DNA of 37,342 bases, from assembly GCF_001194135.2 (NCBI RefSeq), contig NC_068989.1, forward strand, positions 95,618,493-95,655,834, in the 5' to 3' direction. The notes under the pieces were generated by a model. It searched no databases. It saw only the letters and a program-made list of their open reading frames with translations, and was not told the origin of the DNA. The stretch is from Octopus bimaculoides. Lineage: Eukaryota. Numbering within the stretch: the stretch's first letter is position 1; each line of letters begins with the position of its first letter. This document shows, one piece after another, positions 23,700 through 35,813 of the stretch. A program made the position numbers and the translations under genes.

Positions 23700-24120
23700 A
23701 ACCAAAGGAAATAGGAGTGTTATATCCACCTTGGAGGACACTTTCAATGATTTCTTTTCTCATTGAAGCAATGCAAGTCTAGTTTGAGATGTCTAGGCTA
23801 GATGTGAAAAAAACCCCACCTGTGTATGGGAGTTAAATGGAAGTTGACTTCACCTGCACAGAAGGGTATATTGCTTGAGTTGACAGGGAGAAGAATCTCA
23901 ATATGAAGAAAAGTAAGAGAGTTTACCAAACCTTTGAGTACACCAGAGATATTTCTTAGCCTTAACACAAAAAGGAGCAAACATGGTGACATTATCAAGA
24001 GCTACCTTTGCTTAGCATTTGATAGGATTTCATGATTCAAAAAGAATAGTTTCCTTTTATGCAGAAAGGATGAAGTAAGTCAGAAGTAATGTTAAGGCTT
24101 GCATGGATTAGTATTATACT
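23700..24120 (-). mobile_element. Decayed CR1/Jockey-like LINE reverse-transcriptase remnant
   Basis: ORF 23798-23998 contains ISGVLKGLVNSLTFLHIEILLPVNSSNIPFCAGEVN, which aligns by eye with the RT motif SGVPQGS.L.P.LF.IFINDL......I..FADD. Confidence 0.6.
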
Positions 24121-24194
24121 CCACTCTCAAGGTTGCAGAGGAAGAAACATTTGAGTAATAGACTATAACTTTTTACACTATTTAATTATATCCC

Positions 24195-24350
24195 ACCAGT
24201 TTGTAAGTTCAAATTCTTCTGGAATCAATTCTGGCTTTTATCCCCTTTGGATCAATAAATAAATATCAGACATGTATGTACTTGATGTACCACTAGATCA
24301 ATCAATTATTTTCCTCTCCTACAAATTGTTGGCTTTGTGTCTTTATAAGA
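24195..24350 (+). mobile_element. Very decayed SINE of the central-domain family
   Basis: taagttcaaattc...tggcttttatcccctttggatcaataaataaatatcag. Confidence 0.55.
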
Positions 24351-25061
24351 AATCAATACTTTAACAATTTAGAATAAATTCAACCTATATCATAAAAGTA
24401 ACACTACACTGCTAAGCACATGCACGTCATTGCTGAATCACTATTCAAATAAAATATAATTCTTTAATAGTCTGTAACCAGAAAATATTGTTTTCCATGC
24501 CAAAAGTTTTCAAACACAAGAAACCAGAAAAGAAAATAAACAAATTAAGAAATTATATCTTGTATGAAATTTCATAAGATATATTGTTTGAATATCATTT
24601 TACTTTTATTGCAGCTAGAAAGACAAGAAACTGTCTATTGAATATTGAGCAACTGCAAGTCGATAATTTATGAATGGGCTTTAAATTTTTACTGAATAGA
24701 CTTAAATTAAATAATGATTCTTGTGTGTTTGAATATTAGATCAATTAATGTAACTGACTGCAACTCAATAGTAATAGTAAACTAATTATTAGTAATTAGT
24801 GGATACACAGTCAGCATAAATAACTTAAACAATTTAACAATGTAATTAATTTACAAATAACTAATACAAGATATACACAATACAACTTTTCAACAAAATC
24901 TTCTAGCAATAATTATTATAAAAAAACTTCATTTAATTAACTTACAATGGTCTAAAATTAAAATTTCAAGTTCCAACAAAGAAATTATAATTAAGATTCC
25001 AACTTACAATATAAAAATTCAGTATCAATAATAAACTTGAAATTGTATGCGCACACACACG

Positions 25062-25063
<2 letters not shown>

Positions 25064-25108
<45 letters not shown>
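25064..25108. repeat. (TG)n microsatellite
   Basis: Read directly. Confidence 0.97.
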
Positions 25109-25110
<2 letters not shown>

Positions 25111-25944
25111 CTCCATGTGAGTTTTACATTCATCTTCCATCTTATCATTGGATGAATTCTTTGTAACAAGACTTTTTCAGGACCATTGCATTATATTTTT
25201 ACATGGCTGGAGTATTGTATGCATTGAGTGATTCAAACTACATTAAATTTTGATTCAAATGTTCTCTTCGGGCACCATACACACAATATAAGAGGGAGTT
25301 TTGCATGGTTACAAAACCTGCTAGATACCTTTCTACCTAATGAGAGAGGAAGGACACATTTAAAAAATGTAATACTGGGTACACTGTGCTTAGGAAGAAT
25401 GCCGCACGATTGAAATACCTTTCAGAATGAATATCCTTTAGATTTGACTTAAGACTGATCGATAACTTATATGGATTAGGACTGAACATACAAACCAGCC
25501 TCCATTAGTAATGGAGGGTTTTATCTACTACGTAATGATTTCATATGATGGCTATATCTTAGTGAGTTTTAAGGTTATTAGCTCAAATCTCAGTGAAGAT
25601 GGCCTTATTACTGTAATGACTGTATTAAGTTTATTGATAGCGTTTCAAGCACTAGATGCACAACCATACCTTTTGCATGCTACATATTTTCTTAACAGAG
25701 GTAACTTTATTAAATATCACACTCTGCCACTTTCTTCTTGTTTTCTCTCTCATTATCAAAGCTTACAAGAAATGTGGATATCATCTTGCCTGACAGAAAC
25801 ATGTGTGATATTATAGTAAGTAATACTTTAAATTGCTTAATGCTTATGGTGATTCAATATTCTTGCAATACTCTTATAGTGTAAGGGTATTCTATTTTAT
25901 AGCATATTATTTATGCCTCTCTCTTTCCTCTGTCAATTTTCTTA

Positions 25945-26100
25945 TGGTTCATTTAGTTCTAACTTCAACCAGGGTTGATTTTTGCCTTTCATCCTTCAGC
26001 AGGGTCAATAGAATAGGTACCAGTTAAGTACCAAGATCAATATAATCCACCATGTCTCATCTCCAAAATGCATGGTCTTGTATTGTTAAAAATCAATATC
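25945..26100 (+). mobile_element. Decayed SINE of the central-domain family
   Basis: gttgatttttgcctttcatccttcagcagggtcaatagaataggtaccagttaagtacc. Confidence 0.75.
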
Positions 26101-26385
26101 TTTCTATAAAATATAAACAGTATAATGATCTTAGGTAATGTGACCAATATTTGTTCAAAAGAAGATACCCTCTTGGTGGCATATTCTGTTGTTAGAAGTT
26201 TAGCAAATGACTGTACATGCAACAATGTTGTAAGCAACTGATATTACCTTGACATGTTAACGAAAATAAAGATATAATTTTGGTAGAGCCTAAAAATGTT
26301 CAAAACTCCTACTTCTTTTCGTTAAATAAATACATCATAAAATAGGAATCTGTTGTGCTTTTTTTTTCTTTTTCATTCTACATAG

Positions 26386-26660
26386 GCTGTCAGACTGATG
26401 CATGGAGTTTGTATGGATTGGAAGGAGTTGGGTATCTTTTGGTGCACTTCTCAAAGCTGTGTCCTCAAAAGAATCCTATATAGATGTTAACCATCCCTTA
26501 CACTAGTTAGTACACATTATCTAGTTATGTGTGAATTGTTCTAATACAAAATTTCCAATATATCCATCAAGATGCTTAGTGCCTATATTAATATTGCAAT
26601 ATTCTTTTTTGTTTTAACTGAAAGAAAACAGTAAAAAATAAAAAAATAAATTTCTATGAC
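26386..26660 (+). other. Candidate plus-strand terminal exon
   Basis: Long pyrimidine tract ttttttttctttttcattctacatag| followed by higher-GC sequence, then AATAAA at 26637 and 26645. Confidence 0.3.
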
Positions 26661-27404
26661 AGTATCTACTTTAATAATACACATTTCTAGCCGCTAACTT
26701 TAAAAATGGATGTAAAATTGTACAGCTAAGAACTTTAATTGGTTTATATTTGTAAATTCCATAATTGAAATACGTCTTTTTTTTTCTTTTCAATTTCCTT
26801 TTCTTAATGTAGAAATTATATTTCACTGAATGATTTATCTCTGGAAATTGAAATAGCAGAATCATTAACTAGAATAGAAAGTGATATATTTAAATGGAAG
26901 AGAGGAATATGAGAAACATAATAGCAATGGTAAGATGATAGACACTTTTAACAATTTTCCATACCAAATAAGTAACACAGACAATGAAAACACATTAGAT
27001 AAAAATAACAACCACTAATTAGCACCAAAATGGAATTTTAACAGTTTTGATCAAATATATATAATTATCATATTTTCTTTGATATGCTGCCTTGTAGCTT
27101 CCATTATTAAGAAAATATGTAACACGAGCAAGGTGAGAAGGTGCATATAGTGCTTAGAATCCAACAATAAACTGAATACAATCTTTAGCCTATTAGTCCA
27201 ATAAGAGAATCATTATTGAAATGAGAGCTAATATTTTTAAACTTAACTTTGATACATAAGAAACCATTACAATATCCTGAAATACATTATTATCAGACTA
27301 TCCTTCTAATATTATTTTCGTTTAATATGCAAGCACAGTTAGTAAAAAATTTCAAAATTTGTAGTTTAATCTGCCCTTTACTCTGAAGATAAAAATATTT
27401 GTTG

Positions 27405-28345
27405 CTGGCAGGAGAAGCTCCCTGAATTTTTCCCAACCTGGCTACTATGCTATACTTTTCCTTGGCTACTGCACTATATTTGGAACCACTACCTCCCCTG
27501 CTAATTACATCTCCTTGTAACAAAATCTATCAACCACATCTAGTGAGCTACCTGAACACTTACGAGAGTCTCTTTCTGGTGTGCTCAGAGTACATACTGC
27601 TCCAGTGTATCAGTTGCAGAAAAAGTTTACTTTCTGTTGGTCTGCCTGTGATTCCACTCCACATCTTGTGTCCATGGTTTACATTGGGTACAGCTTATGG
27701 AGTTATATCTACTCCTTTTCTGAATATTGAGCAAAGTCATTCTCCTGAAGATGCCAAGGTTCTACTAGCTAAAACCTCAGTCTTTTCTAAGTTCACCTTC
27801 AGGCCTTGAAGTTCTAGGCTTAGCTTTCATGACCAGAATTTACTCTCCAGCTTCCCTGGTGATTCAGCTTTGAGAACTAAATCATTAGCATATAGGAGTT
27901 CCCATGGATAGCCAGGCTTAAACCCCTCTCTGATGGCCTGTAGGATTATGATGAATAGGAGAGGACTGAGGACTGGACCTTGAGGGACTATTATTATCTT
28001 TACACTAAATCCATCACTGACATTGTTATCAACTCTTACCAATATTAACTGTAACTTTGTACATAGCTTGTGCAGCCCTCACAAGCCATTCACCTACACC
28101 CAGTTTCCTCCGTGACCACCAAATTAATGAACATGGTACTCCTTCAAATGCCTTCTCCAAATTAATGAAAGCCGGGAATAGCAGTTTATTCTTAACCAAA
28201 TTCAAATCAAATTAGTTGCAGGTATTTTCTGAATACTGTTCAGACTTCAGTCAGATAAAGAGCTGGAAGTTCAGCCAGTTCATAAATTTTATGAAGAGAT
28301 CATGTACAAATACATCACACTGGCAGCTACAAGCCTCAAGTTTCA
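27405..28345 (-). mobile_element. RTE LINE reverse-transcriptase fragment
   Basis: ORF 27827-28042 reads VPQGPVLSPLLFIIILQAIREGFKPGYPWELLYANDLVLKAESPGKLESKF (PQG and YADD motifs), followed by GLKVNLEKTEVL. Confidence 0.93.
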
Positions 28346-28790
28346 TTTTTAAATAGAACACCAAAGTCTATCAGACTCACTGTAAAATAGTATCACTGTA
28401 TGATAAACTACTTTGTTAGTACTAAATAGAAAATGCTGCTCAGTTCTCAATTCATAGACTTCTTTAACATACAAATACAACTGATTTCTTTCTTAAAAGC
28501 TACCTCTAAGCATTTTTGAAAATCAGAAAACAAAATGGATACAAATCTATAATTTTGTTTTCATGACTTTCAGGCATTGATTAATTAATAAGCAGCACAC
28601 TTTTCTTAATTCATAACCTGATTTTTCTCAGAATACTATAAAGATCTGTGCCTATATTTTAAATATAGCTTCACTAGTAATTTATCTTTTAAATTAATTA
28701 GTCCCAAGACGGGATATTGTAAATACAATTACAGTACATATGTTAGAATCAATGGCTTGAAAGAAGATGCATAACTGACCACAGACAAGT

Positions 28791-28890
28791 ACAGGGTGCC
28801 CCCTAAAGAATTTCTGATTATTTGAATAAAGATGATTTTATCAAATTTAGTTTTGAATTGTTTAAAAATGATTAAAATGCCCTCCTCCAG
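28791..28890 (+). mobile_element. Possible Tc1/mariner terminal fragment
   Basis: TA|CAGGGTGCCCCCTAAAGAATT resembles a Tc1/mariner TIR start. I found no partner TIR. Confidence 0.3.
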
Positions 28891-30894
28891 AGGAACACAG
28901 GGAAAGAAGAGAGCTGAACCGCACTGGGTTTCTTTGCTTTGATTAACTTTACCAAAGTTCAGAAAACTAGCAGATCAGCTTGGCCTTGAACCAAACAGTA
29001 TGACACACAGACTGATTGAATTTGTTCTTTACAAACACCCAGGTACAGATAGATTTGTATTCACAATGTAAAGTTTACCAGTGCCTTTTCCTTAAGAACT
29101 CAAAAAGTTCATCACACCAGACCAGTGGTTGAATTCAGAAACCAATGAAGGCAGGACAAAGTCAATGAAGTGTGTAGAATTAATTACTCATAGAGAAAAT
29201 TAAATAAAGAAATTAAGGGCAACAATATACAGAAAGCAACAAGAAATAATATGAGTAACAAAACTGGCTGCTGCCGAACTAATTAATTATTTAACGAATT
29301 ATATTTTACATATAAGGTCTTCAAAACTGTGATGAAAGAGGATGGTAAAAGGCTCCACAAAATTTTGAAGTTACACATGAAAGTAATCAAAAGTAGGTTT
29401 AGGTTAAACAAGGAATTTTAGAGCAAAGGTACATGTTCATCAAGGATCTGCACTCATGCCACATGGGGTCCAGAAGAGAGGAACAAAGCAAAGATGGTTG
29501 ACTGACTTTTCAACACTCATATACCAGGAAAACTTAGTATCAGTGAATTTTCAGAGCACTTAGGTATCCTAAATATCTATTAAAGCATACTGGATAATTG
29601 TTGTGAATTGGCAGAGGAAAGTAACTATAGCAAACTAGTGAGAACATTATGTGAATAGCTAGAGCATACACAAGGCCATTGGAAATCACTGATGACCTTG
29701 GCAGATGATTCAGACACATGATTTACCTACCAGACCTACATAAAGCATGCCATCATTGGAAACTAAGCATAAGGATGGTGTGTGTGTGTGTGTGTATTTA
29801 TACTGGTAAGTGAATTGTACTTTTTATGCAATTCATTCATAAAAGCTACAGAAACAAGAAAATTGATTTTGAAGAAACATCAGCTCAGCTTAAAGAAACA
29901 TATCTCATTTTAATGGAAATAGTATACTACAAATTTAAAAAGTTATAATTTGACACACAGCACACAAGATTTATACCTGCAAGTTATTACATTACAAGAG
30001 AGAATTAATTCTTCCAACCGAAGACGGCATTAAATTATACAAAGAAGACTATGCCCTAAAATTCATTTAATCAAATAGACTACTTCTTATTTGGTAGAAG
30101 AGGAGAGAATGAAATATCCAGAAGACATAAATAAAACAATAACTTTATTATTTATTACAGCTGAATAAATTGTAATTAACTACAGTTCCGGAGGATAAAT
30201 TTAAAAGTTACAAACACATCATTCATCAGATGTCCATTGAGACTATGGTAGCAGGAATAATCCAAGTAAAATCCTACAAGAATTAATTTTAATGCATAAA
30301 ATAATTACATTATGCATTGATGTAGGACTATTTTAGAGAGTCCCAAATTTAAGATAATTTCACACCATAGCAAAAAGTAATTCATAAAGTATTTTAAATA
30401 TAAAATAAAGATTGACTTACATTAAAAAAAAAAAAAAAACCTATTGCAGAAACTTGAAACCACATTTCACAAAAACACTGATAAATACGTTATTTTAAAA
30501 ACATATTCAAATGAGTCTTTATGCTTGATTGGAAAACCTGATTGATGCAGTAGTGTTTCCAAAATGATTTTGCAATGTAGCATCTTAAATTAAATAGGGG
30601 AAAAAAGACTGAACATCAAATTTCATCAGGTGATACACCATTCTATTTTATATGCTAATTGCAGTTGCTGAATATTATTAAAAATGCAATAAACAAAACA
30701 GAAAAAAAAAAGAAACATTTGAAAAGATAAGTTTTAAATTTGATAGCATCAAGTCATATTTCAGATGAAATATATCAAATAGGAAAATGTAGATTTTTGT
30801 AAACATTAACGCCAGTAACAACGAGCCTTGCAAGATGCTGTAGTATTTATATACATATCTACGCAACTAATCAAAAGAAATTATTTTGTGTTAC

Positions 30895-31075
30895 AAGGTG
30901 CAGGAAACAGGTTTGTTATGTAAAAAGTTTGTTTAGCAGTCATGTGAATCTGGGTTTGACTACATAACATCTTGGACAAATGCTTCAGGGTCATCAATGC
31001 TTTCTGACTTCAATTTGGTAGACAGAAACTGTGCAGAAGCCCATCATATGTACAGGTGTGTGTGCATGTGTAACT
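30895..31075 (+). mobile_element. Decayed OR/CORE-like SINE 5' part
   Basis: ...atcttggacaaatgcttc...aatttggtagacagaaactgtgcagaagcccatcatatg, homologous to 33159-33330. Confidence 0.65.
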
Positions 31076-32129
31076 TAGTCTATAATATACAGAAATTCAG
31101 AGAATATGTACCAGATTGAGATAAATACTGTGGATGGTACAGTGTGTAAAGGTGAGGCTTCAGTATGTCGGTGGTCTAATGACCGAACACAGTAAAAGAA
31201 TAAAAGAATACGAATGAAATCTTTTAGGGTATAGCCAAAAGAAAAATATGATGTAGATTAGAGTCCCAACAAATTTACATGTGCACTTATGTTGCCATAG
31301 AATCCTACAGTCAAAGGATGAAAAGACATCTCTTACTATGTACACTGTCTGCCTAACTGTAAATAATAACCTTAGACAGTTTTCTCAACTACCTACCCTA
31401 AGTACATTAAAATTGAGAAACACAAGTTCAAATGCTAGAAGCTGAAACATAATCTTAACAAAGGTTACTAGAAAGAAGATGGGAATACCAGTGATACTAT
31501 TAACCAAAATAAACCAGAAATAGCAGTGACTCTAAAGTATATATGGATAAATGTGAAGTGATACATAGATGGGCATACACGTATAAAATTAATAGTTTTT
31601 ATTGAACATAATCTAGTGATACTCCCTTGCATAGATCTTTACTGGTGTTGATCAATTCTATTTTTCATAAAGAAGAAGTTTTGTTGTTCATATTGGCAAA
31701 GAGTCTTCAATCAATTTAGCTACAAGTTAGGCCGTGATTAGAGTGATGTTTTAACATTAGAAAGATTATTTTAAAAAAGTGCTATGAATTTCTCTTTCTT
31801 CTTGTCTCATTCTTCTCCTGATATCTACCTGTGTCAGATATAGGTTCATCTTGGTGAGAACACTTAACACAGAGGAATTTTTAAGATAACATACATGAGA
31901 AATGGTAATTGCATCAATATTGTTATCACTCTATAACTGCTTCCTGTTTCTGAGATAATGAGATATGTTTCTAACTCCAAAGGTGTAGATAGCTTTCCTG
32001 ATGAAAAGCAAGTACAAATATCTAGCAATAAATATACATAACACTATAAATTTATGTGAATAAATATTTCCAGTGCTACTGTTATTTTAAAATAGACTGA
32101 TTTATGGTTTCTATTTAGATAATCTAACT

Positions 32130-32690
32130 GACATGGAGTCATTCACCAAAACACTTCATCTAGTCGCTCTTCACAAATGTTCTTGTCTTCTCACTCCGCC
32201 TTTTCTGCTCTTACTACCAAGAGTTCTGCTCTTTAGAACTAGTTGATCTGGTCATCAAACTTATTCATTTCTCATCTTGTTACATATGTCATCCATCTCA
32301 ATAACTACTGTGCATAATTCTTTCTTCTCAGAATATTACTCCTCTAGAATTCCTTTCTTTTTTCTACCATTATTGCTGTGAACTTTGCTTCTTGCAGCAA
32401 GATGATCTCATGCCACCTTTACTTCAGGTACCCAGTTCACTTGTTTCTTGTCTTCTCATAATTGATCTTGCATCAACTTCACTAACCATCCACACCAACC
32501 ATTATGCCTAATCCTTCCTCTCTTGAGCACCACTCCTCTGGAATCCCCTCTTGTCATCGACTTGCAGCTGTATACAAAATCAACTTCACTGGTCTTAGAA
32601 GGCCTGCTAAGGCCATGGGTATGGCTTCTCTTCAAATCCAAACCACAAAAACAAAAAAAATGAGGTTTGGCACTGTCATAATAACATTTT
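32130..32690 (-). mobile_element. Decayed LINE AP-endonuclease-region remnant
   Basis: A pyrimidine-rich plus strand; the minus strand includes GLGIMV, similar to the GVGIML APE motif. Heavily interrupted. Confidence 0.4.
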
Positions 32691-32919
32691 TTTATTGAAT
32701 ATAAAGTCTATGTACTTTGATAATAATTAAACATCCTAAAAAAATGCATATGTTTCATCATAACTTAGGCAGTCCATATGTTCAACAAGTATATAAAAAA
32801 AAAAGATTTTTTAATGCTAGTTACATTTCTATTTAATGTAAAATTTATAATAATTCCTGTAAAATAAAAATTGGGACTAAAATATTTACAAACACAGAGG
32901 GAACATACTATTTTAAAAT

Positions 32920-33100
32920 AGATATTGGGTTCAAATTATGGTGCAAGGCCAGGAATTTCGAGGAAAGGGTAAGTCAATTACATCAACCCCTGACCGGTAC
33001 TTATTTTATTGATCCCAAAATTCTTCTTCAATGGAATTCAAACTTAGAATGTAAAGACAGACAAAACACAGCAAAGCATTTTGCCTGTTGTGCTAATAAT
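32920..33100 (-). mobile_element. SINE of the central-domain family with an internal deletion
   Basis: ggtgcaaggccaggaatttcg...attacatcaacccctgaccggtacttattttattgatccc...ggaattcaaacttagaatgtaaagacag. Confidence 0.8.
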
Positions 33101-33158
33101 ATTAAAAACATTTTACTCTCAAATAAAAAAAAAAAGCCATTTTTTCATTACACTCATA

Positions 33159-33560
33159 GGTGTAGGCATGGCTGTGTGGCAAGAAGCCTGCTTCCTAACC
33201 ACAAGGTTCTGGGTTCAGTCCCACTGCCTGGCACCCTGGGTGAGTGTCTTCTACTATAGCCTTTGGTCAACCAAAGCCTTGGGAGAAGATTTGGTAGATG
33301 GAAACTAGAAGAAGTCCAGTGTATGTGTCTGTGTGTGTGTGTGTGTCTTTGTTTGTCCCCCACCACTGCTTGATAACTGTCGTTGGTGTGTTTACATCCC
33401 TGTCACTTAGCAGTTTGGCAAAAAACACCGATAGAATAAGTACCAGGCTTAAGAAAAAAACTAAGTCCTGGCGGGGTCGATTCATTTGACTCAAAATTCA
33501 TCAAGGTGGTGTCCCAGCATGGCCACAGCCTAATGACTGAAACAAGTAAAAAGTAAATGA
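33159..33560 (+). mobile_element. Full-length octopus-type tRNA-derived SINE (OR/CORE-like)
   Basis: Head GGTGTAGGCATGGCTGTGTGG...GGTTCAGTCCCACTG, then GGCACCCTGGGTGAGTGTCTTCTACTATAGCC, an internal (TG)n, and the 3' end CAAGGTGGTGTCCCAGCATGGCCACAG...TGACTGAAACAAGTAAAAAGTAAA. The family name is from memory. Confidence 0.9.
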
Positions 33561-34560
33561 TAAAAATAAGAAATCAAATATGTTAAATGAACAGCATTAC
33601 AGCATATAACATATTTTCATACTTGCTACTCAAAGTGTTTACGCTGATGATGCTTATATGAATGACTACCTTTAAACCGTATCAAATAGTCAGAAGTACG
33701 GCTTCAACATTTGACAATCTTTCTCTCAATACACTATATATGAATACAGTCCTGCAGAGTAGTGTAATGGATATGACTATTGATTTCCTGTGCTGCTGAT
33801 GGCTTAAGTTCAATCTTACATAATAGACATAAGTGTAGAAATATGGAATACAATAATTTACAAAATTCAGTTTAGATAAGAACGGAAAAGAGCAGGTAAA
33901 TGAATACATACAAGCATCTTAGTTAATATATTTAATAACAGATATCTTAAAGTTGTTCATGAAAAAATCTTTTTTATGAATAGGAAAATCATCCATATAT
34001 AAATGCTATAGACTGCTGTAGTTCATAAGACTTTATACGACACAATTTTGTGTTACTGTCCAAAATAATATTAATGCATTTTTGTTGACATTAAATAAAC
34101 ATTCATTTTCCACGGACACATACACACAAAAAAGAAAAAAACAACAACCTATAAAGTATCTTAAAGTAATCTTTAAACTAAACATAGAGCTGCTCATTAA
34201 AAAGACCTAATATCAATTTGCTTTTAAACATATAAATGCTTATGTAGCTAGAAATAAAATGGAAAATAAATATTAAAATTTCTATGTAGCTACAATAACA
34301 GAAGTAAAGCAATTAATGATCCCTTAATTGAAAAACAACAAATAGGTGCATAACCTTACAAAAACTAGTTTTGTTATATGTTTACAAGGAAATCTTCTAT
34401 TAATTTATGGTTAGTGAAGATCTAGTATTATTATTTTAGATTCATGTGTTCAGAAATAGATTTGGAAACATCAAAAAATCTCATCTACCAATAACAGTTC
34501 ATTTACAGTTTCATTTGCACCTACCAGCCTCTATTAGATTGATTTAACCTTAATATATAG

Positions 34561-34606
34561 CATCCAACCCAGGCCAGCGTGGAAGAGACGTTAAATGTTG
34601 ATGATG
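34561..34606 (+). mobile_element. Very short RTE 3' tail
   Basis: CATCCAACCCAGGCCAGCGTGGAAGAGACGTTAAATGTTGATGATG. Confidence 0.8.
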
Positions 34607-34629
34607 TATGTATGTATATACATATATCA

Positions 34630-34810
34630 TCATTATCATCATCATTTAATGTCCATGTTCCATGTTGATACATGGGTTGGACAGTTTGAGAGGATCTGAT
34701 GGGTCCTAAAACTACATCATGTTCTACTGTCTACTTAGGCATGGTTTCTATGGCTGGATAACCTTCTTAACTCCAACCAACCACTTTGCAACATGCTTTT
34801 TTTTTCAAGA
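34630..34810 (-). mobile_element. RTE 3' tail fragment
   Basis: CATCATCATTTAATGTCCATGTTCCATG...CATGGGTTGGACAG...GGCATGGTTTCTATGGCTGGATAACC. Confidence 0.82.
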
Positions 34811-34859
34811 CACCACCATTAGTGAGGTTGCTATGAAATATATAGATACATACACACAC

Positions 34860-34860
<1 letters not shown>

Positions 34861-34894
<34 letters not shown>

Positions 34895-34935
34895 AGAGTG
34901 TGCGTGTGCGTGTGTGTGTGTGTGTGTGCGCGTGC
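34861..34935. repeat. Compound (TG)n/(CGTG) microsatellite
   Basis: Read directly. Confidence 0.9.
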
Positions 34936-35599
34936 ACATGTATGTGCTGAAGCTCAAAAAGTTCTTCATAAATGCTAAAAAATTCAAGTTTGAAAGAAAC
35001 AATTACAGAACTAGTAAGTTAGCTCACCGTTCAATCAAACCTCTTATTAATTATATATTCTTAGCTAATACACAGTAGTCGGTAAATGAAATACTAAATA
35101 AATAATGATGAGTTACATCTTGTTATTTTGAAAGTGTTTTTTAGATCGAACAATGTAGATATGAAAAGTTCATGGTTTTTGTCAAAGATGAAGAACACAC
35201 AGGGCCATAAGCATATATCCCATACATCCTTTTCTATGATAGTAAGATGTACTTTGAGGGAAATTTAACTGTTATTTCTAGAAGGTCGAGCAACTGCATA
35301 GAAGACAGCAAGGAGTTCTTGGCAAGAGAAATCTAGAAAACAGATTCACTCAACAGTTGAAATATTCAGTAGATTCACATTTAATAATTTGGGAGAAAAC
35401 CCAAAAAGGAATTACAAACACCCTGACTTGTCATTTAGCGCCCTCCGTAGAATTTAAGGTATCTGTGCATAAAATAATTTATAAATACATTGTAATAAAT
35501 ATTAAAAAAAACTTAATGTTGAGTATATATTCATACATTTTCAAAATATAAGGAATATTGGTAGAATATTCTTATAAATATAAAACTTCAGTTAAATGT

Positions 35600-35813
35600 A
35601 ATCACAACAACCCTGGTGTGGAAAACCAAAATAATGTACGACTTATGGAGGTCAGCTGAATGGCAGGCAGATGTGAACATTTCACTTAGAATTAGTGACA
35701 AAGAGAACAACTTTGCAAACCAAATGACAGACCCACATTTGTACTTTGTAGCCATTCTTGTTGGTGCACTTGGTTATGTTACTAAGTGTTTATGGAATAG
35801 TATGAAAAAATAA
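35600..35813 (+). mobile_element. Remnant of an RLE-type (R4/Dong/NeSL-like) non-LTR retrotransposon endonuclease region
   Basis: ORF 35616-35813 contains ADVNISLRISDK...FVAILVGALGYVTK, resembling the P.D.N....EK..KY and (V/I)P(I/V)VVGALG motifs of restriction-like endonucleases. Confidence 0.55.

Noticed and set aside
24065-24074. 10-nt plus-strand micro-exon (tgcag|AAAGGATGAA|gtaagt)
   Set aside because: It lies within a decayed LINE remnant, and such signal pairs are expected by chance without transcript evidence.
33159-33235. tRNA-like A/B-box sequences here and at 8030-8090, 8546 and 10921
   Set aside because: These are SINE heads continuing into SINE bodies, with no intact cloverleaf, so they are not tRNA genes.
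33682-33909. 75-aa hydrophobic minus-strand ORF as the RXYLT1 signal-anchor exon
   Set aside because: It ends in a stop before the nearby weak donor, the phase-1 frame also has a stop, and there is no motif similarity.
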